NCBI GenBank assembly: GCA_009691925.1
Contig: SIAG01000001.1
Location: 1 to 31,200, forward strand
Reading direction: 5' to 3'
Length of the DNA stretch: 31,200 bases
Origin: Planctomycetaceae bacterium
Lineage (GTDB): Bacteria; Planctomycetota; Planctomycetia; Pirellulales; UBA1268
Shown here piece after piece: positions 1 through 9,268 of the stretch (its first letter is position 1; every line of letters starts with the position of its first letter). A program made the translations under genes and the position numbers. Below the pieces are notes generated by a model, which was given only the letters and a program-made list of their open reading frames with translations, did not search any database and was not told the DNA's origin.

Positions 1-80
1 GGGGAGCCAGGGCAGGAAGGGGAGCCGGGGTAGGAAGGGGAGCCAGGGCAGGAAGGGGAGCCAGGGTAGGAAGGGGAGCC
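1..80. repeat. 18-bp tandem repeat (GGGGAGCCRGGGYAGGAA), 4 full copies plus 8 bp, possibly continuing left of the window
   Basis: Units at 1-18, 19-36, 37-54 and 55-72, plus partial GGGGAGCC at 73-80. They differ only at unit positions 9 (A/G) and 13 (C/T). Confidence 0.95.
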
Positions 81-120
81 AATTGGTCCGCTGCCCTGGC
101 CGGTGGGGGCGTCTGGCCGG

Positions 121-1050
121 TCATGGTGCCACCCCACGGTGCACCTGCACGAGCCGGCCGAAGATCCCCTCGAGCGACCGGTCTCCCGGCACGAGCTCGC
201 GGATCAGAATCCCCTCGGCGTTGGCCGCCTCGACGACCCGATCCGCCAGCAGCCGCGGGGCCCGGGTGTCGACGATGAAGGCGTCGGCACCGACAAACCG
301 CACCGCCTCCGCCTCGGGGCAGCGGCAGGCCAGCTCCGCGAGCCTGCGGGGCGCTGTCGAGACGACACGCACCTCCGAAGGGAGGGTGTCGATGAGTTGG
401 TTGATCTCATGGACGCTGCCGCTGGCGACCAGCCGACCGCCGAGGATCACCGCCAGCCCCGCTTGGAGGGCCTCCACCTCGTGGAGGAGATGGCTGGCGA
501 CGAGGAGGCTGCGCGACTGCGCCCAGGTCCGCACGAGCGTCACGAGCTCATGGCGGGCCACCGGATCGAGGCCGTCGAACGGTTCGTCGAGAACGAGGAG
601 ATCGGGATCGTGGGCCATGGCCCCGGCGAGCTTGGCCCGTTGCCGCATCCCCTTGGAGAGCGTCGAGAGGGGGCGCCCGGCCGCCTCGCCGAGCCCCACA
701 CGTTCGAGGGTTTCTTCGGCCAGCCGCCGGGCCGCGGCCGGTGTGAAGCCCGACAGCTGCACGAGGTAGCGGACCCACTCCCGCGGCGTCGCGGAACGCT
801 CGGTGAGATCGGATGCCGGGCAGTAGCCGATCCGCCGCAGCACCCGGGCGTTGAAGAAGGGGCGCTCGCCGAAGACCCGGACCTCGCCGATGGAGGGACG
901 AAGCTGCCCGGTGACGAGACCGAGGAACGTCGTCTTGCCGGCGCCGTTGGGGCCGAGCAGGCCGTAGGCGCCCGCGCCCAGTTCGACCGTGACATCGTTG
1001 ACGCCGATGACGGAGCCGTAGAGCTTTGTGACGTGGGACAGGGAGATCAT
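121..1050 (-). CDS. ABC transporter ATP-binding protein (ABC-2/exporter type), 309 aa
   Basis: Walker A GPNGAGKT, signature LSKGMRQR, Walker B LVLDE, H-loop ASHLL. Confidence 0.93.
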   Translation of the reverse strand: MISLSHVTKLYGSVIGVNDVTVELGAGAYGLLGPNGAGKTTFLGLVTGQLRPSIGEVRVFGERPFFNARVLRRIGYCPASDLTERSATPREWVRYLVQLSGFTPAAARRLAEETLERVGLGEAAGRPLSTLSKGMRQRAKLAGAMAHDPDLLVLDEPFDGLDPVARHELVTLVRTWAQSRSLLVASHLLHEVEALQAGLAVILGGRLVASGSVHEINQLIDTLPSEVRVVSTAPRRLAELACRCPEAEAVRFVGADAFIVDTRAPRLLADRVVEAANAEGILIRELVPGDRSLEGIFGRLVQVHRGVAP

Positions 1051-1086
1051 GGGGGCTCTGGTGCGGGGGACTGCTTGCGGGGGGCG

Positions 1087-2313
1087 TCAGGCACGGGCGG
1101 GGGCGTCGACGCGCCACCAGAGCACGACGGCCGAGACGACCGACACGCTTCCCAGCGACAGCAGCGGGGGGAGGATCGCCTCCCAGCGGTGCTCAATGCC
1201 GAACACCCAGGCCTGGATTACCCCGAGGGCATGATAGGGGGAGAGCCAGGCCCAGCGATCGATGGTGGCGTCGACCCCAGTCACCCGGGAGAACCAGCGA
1301 GCTCGTTGCGCGTTGGGCCGTCGGCCGTCGCCCGGCCCGCGTCCCTCGAGTCCCTGGATGAAGTCGACGATGGTCTCGCCGAGATCCTCCGCCGGCGCTC
1401 GACGGCGGACATTCGCCCGGCTCGTTGGCACCGCTCCCTCCTCGACCGAGAACTGCCCCGGAACCGACGGTTGGGAGGCGACCGAATCGTCGCTCACCAG
1501 CCGGGCCATGTCGGCGGTGGACAGCGACGTGTGGGCGATCCAGCAGGCGGCCCAGGTGGCAAACCACGCAAAGCTCGCGATCCGGCTCTCGGCGGTGACC
1601 GACGAATAGGCCAGCGCCATCAGCACCGTGGGGATCGCCAGGGCGAGGCTGGCCACGATGATCCGCAGGGGCAGATCCCAGGTCGTCACCGCCACCCACA
1701 GGCTCGGGCTCACCGCCACCCCCGCCACCCACAGGCTCAAGGCCGGGAGCATCGTGATCGAGGCGACGAGGAGGCCGAGGATCAGCAATTTCCCGGCGAT
1801 GTACTCAAACTTCCCCACGGGGCGCGTGAAGTAGATCAGCCAGGCCTTGACGCGCAGATCGCGCGACACCAGCGTCGGCGCCACCAGCCCCACCACGATC
1901 GCCAGGAGGATCGCCTGGGGGGAGCGCATGAAGGCGAGCATCAGCCGCGCCCAGACCATGCGGCGCGCCTTGTTGGCCCGCTCCTCAGGGCCGAGATGCC
2001 GATCGGCCGGGTCGTCGACCGGGCCGAGCGACCCGGCAATCACCCGCCCGAGGATCCCCACGCCGTCGACATTTCGGCCGAGGCGGGCCGATTCACGGAT
2101 CGAGTCGAGTCGCCCTTCGTCGATCGCCTGCTCGAAGACGAAGAAACTCCCGGCGAAAACCAGCGCCGGGCTCCAGGCGAAGAAGACGGCGCGGCGCAGC
2201 CAGCGGCTTGTCCACGCCAGGGTGAGGCCGGTCGTGGCGATGACGAAGATCGCGGCGAGCGAGCCGGAGCGCCGGCCCTGCCAAGGGCGGTAGCCGACGT
2301 CATGGAGCGGCAT
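1087..2313 (-). CDS. ABC-2-type transporter permease, 408 aa
   Basis: Several hydrophobic helices and a YFTRPVGKFEYIAGK motif (xxRPxxRxxYxxGK type) typical of ABC-2 permeases. Lies between two ABC ATPases and overlaps the upstream ATPase stop by 14 nt. Confidence 0.85.
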   Translation of the reverse strand: MPLHDVGYRPWQGRRSGSLAAIFVIATTGLTLAWTSRWLRRAVFFAWSPALVFAGSFFVFEQAIDEGRLDSIRESARLGRNVDGVGILGRVIAGSLGPVDDPADRHLGPEERANKARRMVWARLMLAFMRSPQAILLAIVVGLVAPTLVSRDLRVKAWLIYFTRPVGKFEYIAGKLLILGLLVASITMLPALSLWVAGVAVSPSLWVAVTTWDLPLRIIVASLALAIPTVLMALAYSSVTAESRIASFAWFATWAACWIAHTSLSTADMARLVSDDSVASQPSVPGQFSVEEGAVPTSRANVRRRAPAEDLGETIVDFIQGLEGRGPGDGRRPNAQRARWFSRVTGVDATIDRWAWLSPYHALGVIQAWVFGIEHRWEAILPPLLSLGSVSVVSAVVLWWRVDAPARA

Positions 2314-3349
2314 GGAGGGACTCCAGTGGGGGGGCCTGGAGGGCCTCGAGAAACACCTCCTCGAAGGGCCGGCAGGCCGCCGTCAGCGATCGGACACGGA
2401 TCCCCAGATGGCCCACCTCCGCCCACATTCCGGCGAGGGCATCCGGGGTGGAGAGCTGGAGGAGAACCACCCCTTCCTGCGCGCCATCCTCCGCCGCCAT
2501 CGTCCCGACTGCGGCGCAGAATCGACCTGCGGAACCGGCCGCAGTGGGGAAGAAGTCGGCAGAGTGAGCGCGGCGGGCAGGGATCCCGCGGGCCACGAGG
2601 CGGCGGACGAGCTCGTCGACCGGGCCGGCCACCTCGAGCCGCTCCTGCGGGGTCGGCGGGTGCGTCAGCGCGCGGATCGATCCCGTCAGCCGGACGCGGC
2701 CGGCGGCGAGAACGATGACCGAATCGCAGATCGCCTGGACGTCAGGGAGGACATGGGTCGAGATCAGGATCGTCTTGCCGTGCTCGCGGGCGAGGGTGGT
2801 GAGCCGGCCGAGCATCGCCCGCCGTTCGATCGGATCGAGGCCGTTGGTCGGTTCGTCAAGGATCACCAGCCGGGGGTCGTGGACGATGGCCGCAGCAAAA
2901 GAGATCTTCTGCCGCATCCCCACCGAGAGGGTTTCCACCGGCCGGTAGCGCTCTTGGCCGGCATTGCACCAATCGAGCACCTCGTGTGCCCGACGGAGTG
3001 ACTCGATCCCAGGGATCCCCGAGAGACGGGCGGCGTAGCGGACCATCTCCACCCCCGACAGCCCCGGTACGGCGCATTCGTCCTCCGGGACGACGCCGAC
3101 AAACCGGCGCACGGCGCGGGGCTCGCGGCGCGGGTCGATCCCGAACACGCGCACGCTCCCCTCGGCGAGGCGGACCAGCCCGAGGATCGCCTTCACGAGC
3201 GTGCTCTTGCCAGCGCCGTTGGGCCCCACGAGCCCGGTGATCCCCGGTTTCACGCTCAGCGACACGCGGTCGAGCACGGTGCGCTGCCCGTAGCGCTTCA
3301 CGACCCCCGTGGCCTGCACCGGCGCTTCCAGAGGTGGCGATCCAATCAT
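2300..3349 (-). CDS. ABC transporter ATP-binding protein, about 349 aa
   Basis: Walker A GPNGAGKS, signature LSVGMRQK, Walker B VILDE, H-loop STHVL. Start placed at ATG 3349 rather than the ORF-track start at 3415, which overlaps frr. Confidence 0.9.
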   Translation of the reverse strand: MIGSPPLEAPVQATGVVKRYGQRTVLDRVSLSVKPGITGLVGPNGAGKSTLVKAILGLVRLAEGSVRVFGIDPRREPRAVRRFVGVVPEDECAVPGLSGVEMVRYAARLSGIPGIESLRRAHEVLDWCNAGQERYRPVETLSVGMRQKISFAAAIVHDPRLVILDEPTNGLDPIERRAMLGRLTTLAREHGKTILISTHVLPDVQAICDSVIVLAAGRVRLTGSIRALTHPPTPQERLEVAGPVDELVRRLVARGIPARRAHSADFFPTAAGSAGRFCAAVGTMAAEDGAQEGVVLLQLSTPDALAGMWAEVGHLGIRVRSLTAACRPFEEVFLEALQAPPLESLHAAP

Positions 3350-3411
3350 GCGTGCCGAGTGCCCGGGCCCTGAAAAATCGACCCCACTCCCGACGACCGG
3401 CCCGGAGGGGC

Positions 3412-3972
3412 TCATCCGTCCATCACTTCCGCTTCCTTGACCCGCGCCAGATCCGCGACCTTCGCCTCGTAGGTCTTCGTGAGCTCCTGCACCTCCTCCT
3501 TGGTGGAGTCGCAGTCGTCCTCTGTCAGGGTGCCGTCGGTCTTCTCGGTGTCGGCCGCCTTGTTGGCATCGCGGCGGACGTTGCGGATCGCCACCTTCGC
3601 CTCCTCGGCGAGCTCCCTGATGCGCGACGACATCTTCTTGCGGACGTCGGTCGACAGGGCGGGGATCGTGATCCGGATCACCCGGCCGTCGCTCTGCGGG
3701 TTGAAGCCGAGGTCGGAAGCCCGGATCGCCTTCTCGATGTCCTTGATCGTGCCGGGGTCGAAGGGGCGGACGACGATCTGGTTCGGTTCAGGGGCGCCGA
3801 CGCTGGCGAGGGCCTTGATCGGCGTCGGCGAGCCGTAGACCTCCACCCGCAGCGAATCGACGAGCCCGGGGTTGGCCCGTCCGGTGCGGATACCGGTGAG
3901 CTGGTGACGGAACACGTCGACCGCCTTCTCCATCCGCCCCTCGGCATCCAAGAGGATCTCGTCGACCGGCAT
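3412..3972 (-). CDS. frr: Ribosome recycling factor, 186 aa
   Basis: MEKAVDVF...IRTGRANP...IRITIPALS...AKVAIRNVRRDAN motifs, AAGGAG RBS before ATG 3972, and typical RRF length. It is the C-terminal part of track ORF 3412..6255. Confidence 0.97.
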   Translation of the reverse strand: MPVDEILLDAEGRMEKAVDVFRHQLTGIRTGRANPGLVDSLRVEVYGSPTPIKALASVGAPEPNQIVVRPFDPGTIKDIEKAIRASDLGFNPQSDGRVIRITIPALSTDVRKKMSSRIRELAEEAKVAIRNVRRDANKAADTEKTDGTLTEDDCDSTKEEVQELTKTYEAKVADLARVKEAEVMDG

Positions 3973-4051
3973 GCGGGCACACTCCTTCGTGGGGCTGTCG
4001 TCGGACCATGGGCCAGATTGTCGGGCCGGCCGCCCCGGCCCGACGGGTGCG

Positions 4052-4085
4052 GAATTGTCTCTCCGCCGCGACCGAGTCACAATTC
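4052..4085. promoter_or_regulatory. Symmetric element: GAATTGT-N20-ACAATTC inverted repeat, readable as overlapping divergent sigma70-like promoters
   Basis: Plus strand TTGTCT(4055-4060)-N17-CACAAT(4078-4083). Minus strand TTGTGA(4082-4077)-N17-GACAAT(4059-4054). Located between divergent frr and the hydrolase gene. Confidence 0.35.
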
Positions 4086-4185
4086 TCACGGGGGGGGAGT
4101 GGGCACGCAAGCGTCCTGCGGCCAGAGCGTTCCCGACTCCCATCCCGGCGGTGATCCCCGCCGACACGCACGCCCCGAGGCCTCC

Positions 4186-6234
4186 ATGATCATCCCTCCC
4201 CCCCGTGCCCCGCTCGCCCCCCGCCTGGGTCTTCTCCTCCTTTCGGTCATGGCGACGGCCGCCGCCACGGCAGCCGACGCGATCGAGCGCCGCCTCCCCC
4301 CTCCGGCGCCCCCGATCGCCGACCTCGTCGCCCAGCTCGACGACGCGCAGCGCCTCGCCTGGGAGCAGGTGCCCCAGCGGCTCGCAGCTCTGCAAGAGCG
4401 GATCGCCCAGACTCCCTTTGCCGACGACGGGCTGCGGGCGGAGATCGACGTGTTTCCCAAGGCGGTGGCGTATGCCGTGGAATGCGGCGAGTGGTGGGAG
4501 CCGCAGCACCTGGAGCGGGCGACCTGGGCGCTCGCCGAGGCCGAGCGTCGGCTCGACGGGGTGGCGCTTGGGCAGACAAACTGGCGCGAGGGGGGATTCG
4601 TGCCGCTGGCCTATCGCTCCCAGATCGACGGCTCTGTGCAGCCCTACGGGATCGTGGTGCCGGAGGGGCTCGACCGCTCCCAGCCGGTGCCGGTGTGGAT
4701 CTGGCTCCATGGTCGCGGCGAGCGCGACACCGATCTCCACTTCCTCTGGCAAAAGGCACGCAAGACCGGCGAGTTCTTTCCCCACGACGCCATCGTCCTC
4801 CATCCCTTCGGGCGCTACTGCAACGGCTGGAAGGGGCCCGGAATGATCGACGTCTTCGAGGCCCTCGACGCCCTCGACTTGGTCATCCCCGTCGACCGCG
4901 ATCGGGTGGTGCTCGCCGGCTTCTCGATGGGAGGAGCGGGGGCGTGGGAGATCGGCGCCCGCCGCACCGATCGTTTCTGCGCGGTTCATGGCGGCGCCGG
5001 CTTCGTCGACACCTCGCGCTTCACTCATATTCAGCCGGGCGACGTGCCCCCATGGGAATCGCGGCTGTGGCTCCTTACCGACGTGCCGCCGGTGGCCCGC
5101 AATCTGCTCAATCTCCCGGTGATTGCCTACTCGGGTGAGAAAGACGGCCAGCGGGCCGCCAGCGAGATCATGGTGGCGACGCTGGCTGCCGAGGGCCGCC
5201 ACATCCCGCACCAAATCGGCGCCGGGATGGAGCACCGCTACGACGATCCCTCGCGCGCGGCAATCGCCGCCTTCCTCAGGCCCGCCATCGCTGCCGGCCG
5301 GGCCCGATCCCCCGACACCGTTCACTGGGCCGGCACGACGCTCGCCGATGGTAACGCCTGGTGGGTCGAGCCGCTGGGGCTCGGCGAGCACTGTGCGCCA
5401 GCGCGGATCGACGCGGTGCGTTCTTTGAAGTCGTCGAGCCTCGACGTCACGACGGCCAACGTCACCGTCGTGCATCTTCGCGACATTCCCGCGCCGTGCC
5501 GGATCGAGATCGACGGCACCCCGATCGCGTACTCGAGCCCCGATCCGGAGGGCGACACCGGGGCCGTGGTCCTGGCCCGCGCGGGGCTCGCTCCCGACGG
5601 CGCGTGGGGCATCGTCGACTCTTCCGTGCTTCCGACGAAGCGCAAGCGTCCTGGGCTGACCGGCCCGATCGACGAGGCCTTTGAAGCGCCGTTTGTCGTC
5701 GTGCCGCCGGTCGGGCCCGGCCTCTCGCCCGCGGTCGATCACTTTGTGGCGGAGGAGTTTGCCCACCTGAAGCGCCGCTGGCACGACCTCTACCGCGGCG
5801 AGCTGCCGGTCGTGGAGGCCAACGACGTCAGCGACGAGATCCTCCGCACGAAGCACCTCGTGCTCTTCGGCGACGAGTCTTCCAATCCGCTCATCGCCCG
5901 CGCCCTGCCGGGATTGCCGCTGCGCTGGACGCCTGAGGGGATCGTTTTCGGGCCGGGCACCGCCGGCGAACGCCGCTTTCCCGGGGCCGGCCGGGTCCCG
6001 GTGCTCATCCACCCCAATCCGCTCTCGCCTTCCGCCGCAGCGCCGCGGTATCTCGTTCTCAACTCCGGCTTCACCTTCCGCGAGGAGCACGACGTCAACA
6101 ACGCCCTCCAGAACCGCCGCCTCCCCGACTGGGCGGTGATCGATCTCGCCGTGCCCCCCGATGGCCGCGATCCGGGGAGAATCGTCGCCGCCGATTTCTT
6201 CGACGAGGCCTGGGGGGTGAAGCCGGTGCGGTGA
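4186..6234 (+). CDS. Secreted alpha/beta-hydrolase (prolyl-oligopeptidase/esterase-like), about 682 aa
   Basis: N-terminal signal-like segment (RLGLLLLSVMATAAATAA), WLHGRG oxyanion region, nucleophile elbow GFSMGG, and candidate catalytic Asp (SGEKD) and His (GMEH). ATG at 4186 lies inside track ORF 3334..6234. Confidence 0.85.
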   Translation: MIIPPPRAPLAPRLGLLLLSVMATAAATAADAIERRLPPPAPPIADLVAQLDDAQRLAWEQVPQRLAALQERIAQTPFADDGLRAEIDVFPKAVAYAVECGEWWEPQHLERATWALAEAERRLDGVALGQTNWREGGFVPLAYRSQIDGSVQPYGIVVPEGLDRSQPVPVWIWLHGRGERDTDLHFLWQKARKTGEFFPHDAIVLHPFGRYCNGWKGPGMIDVFEALDALDLVIPVDRDRVVLAGFSMGGAGAWEIGARRTDRFCAVHGGAGFVDTSRFTHIQPGDVPPWESRLWLLTDVPPVARNLLNLPVIAYSGEKDGQRAASEIMVATLAAEGRHIPHQIGAGMEHRYDDPSRAAIAAFLRPAIAAGRARSPDTVHWAGTTLADGNAWWVEPLGLGEHCAPARIDAVRSLKSSSLDVTTANVTVVHLRDIPAPCRIEIDGTPIAYSSPDPEGDTGAVVLARAGLAPDGAWGIVDSSVLPTKRKRPGLTGPIDEAFEAPFVVVPPVGPGLSPAVDHFVAEEFAHLKRRWHDLYRGELPVVEANDVSDEILRTKHLVLFGDESSNPLIARALPGLPLRWTPEGIVFGPGTAGERRFPGAGRVPVLIHPNPLSPSAAAPRYLVLNSGFTFREEHDVNNALQNRRLPDWAVIDLAVPPDGRDPGRIVAADFFDEAWGVKPVR

Positions 6235-6251
6235 GACGGTGCCTTGGCAGC

Positions 6252-6365
6252 GCACCGCCGGTCAACCCCACGAGGCACCGCCGGTCAACCCCACGAGGCA
6301 CCGCCGGTCAACCCCACGAGGCACCGCCGGTCAACCCCACGAGGCACCGCCGGTCAACCCACGAG
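6252..6365. repeat. 23-bp tandem repeat GCACCGCCGGTCAACCCCACGAG, 4 perfect copies plus 1 with a 1-bp deletion
   Basis: Units at 6252, 6275, 6298, 6321 and 6344-6365. The last unit contains the stop codon and last codons of the convergent transporter gene. Confidence 0.97.
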
Positions 6366-8327
6366 GACCGTTGGTCGCCGCCCCGTGTCGGGCACGGCCT
6401 TCTCGACGAGGTCGTAGACAACGTTCGGCACGTCCCCTTGGCCGAAGAGGAGGAACTCGAGCGCGAGCTTGAGGCTGCTTCCCTGGCTCCAGCCGAAGAC
6501 GACGTCGAGCGGCCGGCCCAACTTGCACATCTCGATGGCGATCTGGGCGATCGTGTGCGACACGCTGACGACGTCGCGAGCGACGATCACGAACCGCTCC
6601 CCCTCCTGCTTGGCGGAGAGGATCGGGGCATTGGCGAACTCGCTGGTGTCACCGTAATGGACCTCGAGAAACACGATCGGCACCTCGGCGGGGATCCGGT
6701 GGCGCTGGCGGATCTCCGCCTCCTTCTCGTCGAGTGAGCGGTGACCGGGCCGGTGCGGCACGAGGACACGGAAGGCCCCCTCGGCGCAGATGTCGGTCCA
6801 CAGCATGCGCGCGGAGTCGTCGGCGAAGCGAAACTCCTTGTGACGCAATTCCTGGCTCCGCCACACACGCGACACGATCGAGATCACGAGCACCGACGCG
6901 ATGAACATCGAGGCGATAATGATCCCGTCGGGGCGCTCGGAGATGTTCGTGATCGTCGTGTAGATGAAGACAAGCGTGATCAGGGCGAAGGCGACGCGCT
7001 TGAGGAGGTGGTGATCAGCCCCCGCCGAGGCCTCGTGCTGCATGTGCACCAGCGACGCGATGCAGGCGCTGGTCATGAGCACGAGCACGCCGGTGGCGTA
7101 GGCGCCCCCCTGCGCGGTGACATCGGCCTTGAAGGCCCATGTCACGAGGAGATTGATAACGGTAAAGGCGATCACGAGGGGGCGGTAAGCCGACGCCCAC
7201 TCCGGCGCCATGCCGTAGCGCGGCAGGTAGCGCGGCACCATGTTGAGGAGGCCGGCCATCGCCGAGGCCCCGGCGAACCAGAGGATAAGGATCGTGGAGA
7301 TGTCGTAGACGGTACCGAAGATCGGGCCGAAGAGCGGGCTGATGTTGAGCGGGCTCTCGCCATGGGCGACGTAGGCGAGTGCCCGGTCGAGGGCCTTCCC
7401 TTTGTAGGTGATCTCGCCGGCGTCGTCCTTCTCCATCCGCAGCTCGTCGGCCGGGATGATCGTGTTGGTGCCGGTGACGAGCGAGGAGCCGATGAGGAAA
7501 AACGACATGATCAGGGCGGCGGTGAGCATGAGCCGGCGCGTGTTGAAGATCCGCGCCTGTTCGTCGTCTGGGTTTTCATCACTGCCGCGGACAAGGTGGA
7601 TCAGGAGCACGCCGGTTTCGAAGCCGGAGAGGCCGAGGGCGAGCTTGGGGAAGATCAACAGCGAGATCCCCAGGGCCACCCACAGGCCGTGGCCCTCGAG
7701 CGGCGCCTCGTGGAGGTGGTAGGTGCCCGAGGCGATCTCCGCAAACCACTGTTGGAGGAGGGCCGGGTGGCTGAGGAGGTGCCACAGCCCGCTGGCGATG
7801 ATCAGGAACGACAGCCCGAGGAAGACGATGACGAGGACCGTGGCGATGCCCACGACCTCGGAGTAGCCCTTGAGGAACATCGCCCCGAGGAGCAGGAGGA
7901 GCACCGCCGCTATGACAATCTGATTGTGGGCCCAGGGGGGGGCGCTCCCTGCGAAGATCGAATTGCTGATGAGGTGCGCGGCGGCGTCGGCGGCGGAGAG
8001 CGTCTTGGTGATCACGAAGTCGGTGGCAGCAAAGCCGATCAGAACGAGGACGCCGATCTTCCCCTTCCAGCCGCTCACGAGCCGCTCGATCATCCCGATT
8101 GAGCCGACGCCGTCGGGGGTCTGGCCGGCGACGTAGCTGTAGACGGGGTAGGCCCCAAAAAGGGTCACGAGGACGAGGACCAGCGTCGCGAGGGGGGCAA
8201 GGGTGCCGGCCCCTTCGAAGGCGATCGACGGTTGGTAGCCGAGGGTACTGAAGTAGTCGACGCCGCACAGACACATGATCAGCCACCACGCGTAGTGGTG
8301 ATGCTGACCGTGGGAAGACTCACTCAC
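6354..8327 (-). CDS. APC-superfamily membrane transporter, KimA/KUP-like, 657 aa
   Basis: About 12 hydrophobic segments plus a soluble C-terminal domain of about 150 aa. Motifs GVDYFSTLGY, TDFVIT, LSGFETG and AYATGV. GTG start. Confidence 0.85.
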   Translation of the reverse strand: MSESSHGQHHHYAWWLIMCLCGVDYFSTLGYQPSIAFEGAGTLAPLATLVLVLVTLFGAYPVYSYVAGQTPDGVGSIGMIERLVSGWKGKIGVLVLIGFAATDFVITKTLSAADAAAHLISNSIFAGSAPPWAHNQIVIAAVLLLLLGAMFLKGYSEVVGIATVLVIVFLGLSFLIIASGLWHLLSHPALLQQWFAEIASGTYHLHEAPLEGHGLWVALGISLLIFPKLALGLSGFETGVLLIHLVRGSDENPDDEQARIFNTRRLMLTAALIMSFFLIGSSLVTGTNTIIPADELRMEKDDAGEITYKGKALDRALAYVAHGESPLNISPLFGPIFGTVYDISTILILWFAGASAMAGLLNMVPRYLPRYGMAPEWASAYRPLVIAFTVINLLVTWAFKADVTAQGGAYATGVLVLMTSACIASLVHMQHEASAGADHHLLKRVAFALITLVFIYTTITNISERPDGIIIASMFIASVLVISIVSRVWRSQELRHKEFRFADDSARMLWTDICAEGAFRVLVPHRPGHRSLDEKEAEIRQRHRIPAEVPIVFLEVHYGDTSEFANAPILSAKQEGERFVIVARDVVSVSHTIAQIAIEMCKLGRPLDVVFGWSQGSSLKLALEFLLFGQGDVPNVVYDLVEKAVPDTGRRPTVLVG

Positions 8328-8408
8328 GGGGGCGCATCGCTCCTGCTGGTAGACCGGACGAAGCTCGCAGTTTAACCATCATGCTGGTCGTCGTGGCGGC
8401 CGCCCCGC

Positions 8409-9095
8409 TCACTGCCATTCCGGAAGATCGACGCCGCGCTTCTTCGACTGGGCCTGGAGGGCCGCGGCGTAGCGGTTGAAGAGCTTGCGGCGGTCGGCGT
8501 CCTTTGGCGGCTTCTGGCGGCGGCCTTTCTCTTCGTGCGCCTGCGGCGAGAGGCCGAAGCGGAGTTTCCGGTAGGCGATCGTCCGGTCGATCCCTTCGTC
8601 GGCGAGGCGCGGCCGGTCTGATTCCGGGGCGGCCACGAAGGCGTCGATCGCCTCGTCGCGGCACTGCTTCCATTCCTCGTCGAGGGCCTTGCGGGCGGTC
8701 TCAAGCTCCCCTTTGGTCATCTGATCGGCGTTGCGGATCACCTCGGCGACCGCCTTCTTCCCGACTGCCCCGCGCATCTCGCCACTCAGCAGCCCCTTTT
8801 GGATCGTGGCGGTCGCGCCGACCAGATCAGGCCGCCGGCCGAGGGTCATCCAGGCCCCCCCAGCAATCGTTCCCATTCCGATGACGCCGAGGATGGCGAG
8901 GATCACGATGCCGCTCCCCTTCGATCCGGGCGCGGGGGGCGCCTCCGGAGAGGGCATGGCCCCCGGAGCCGATCCCAGCCGCGGAGCCGCTTGGGCCTTG
9001 GTGCCCGGGGCAGCGGTGGGGAGCGGTTTTCCCTGGGCAACCGCCCGGGCCGCTGCGAGGCGGGCCTGGGCTGCGGGGCTCAACTGACGGGCCAT
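8409..9095 (-). CDS. Hypothetical single-pass membrane protein, about 228 aa
   Basis: AAGGAG RBS before ATG 9095, Ala/Pro-rich N-terminus, one hydrophobic helix (IVILAILGVIGMGTIAGGAWM), then a charged helical C-terminus. Confidence 0.75.
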   Translation of the reverse strand: MARQLSPAAQARLAAARAVAQGKPLPTAAPGTKAQAAPRLGSAPGAMPSPEAPPAPGSKGSGIVILAILGVIGMGTIAGGAWMTLGRRPDLVGATATIQKGLLSGEMRGAVGKKAVAEVIRNADQMTKGELETARKALDEEWKQCRDEAIDAFVAAPESDRPRLADEGIDRTIAYRKLRFGLSPQAHEEKGRRQKPPKDADRRKLFNRYAAALQAQSKKRGVDLPEWQ

Positions 9096-9268
9096 GGTGA
9101 TCTCCTTCAAGGGCTTCAAAGGCAGTGGAAAAAGCCCACCTTGGCATTGTTCCACGGCACGAATCGTGGAACGTCCCGCCCCTCAACGGCTGGCGGGGGC
9201 GTCCACGGTCGGCGCAGACTCGCGTCGGGCGAGGGGCCGGGTTTTCGGGGCTCGAAGCGGTGGCCGCG

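Noticed and set aside
103-2718. 871-aa plus-strand ORF
   Set aside because: Antisense shadow of the ABC genes in high-GC DNA. It has no motifs, while the opposite strand has clear Walker motifs.
3973-6255. 761-aa N-terminal extension of frr implied by track ORF 3412..6255
   Set aside because: Antisense to the hydrolase. RRF similarity and an RBS begin at 3972.
6252-6365. CRISPR array
   Set aside because: The units are directly adjacent with no unique spacers, and there are no cas genes in the window.
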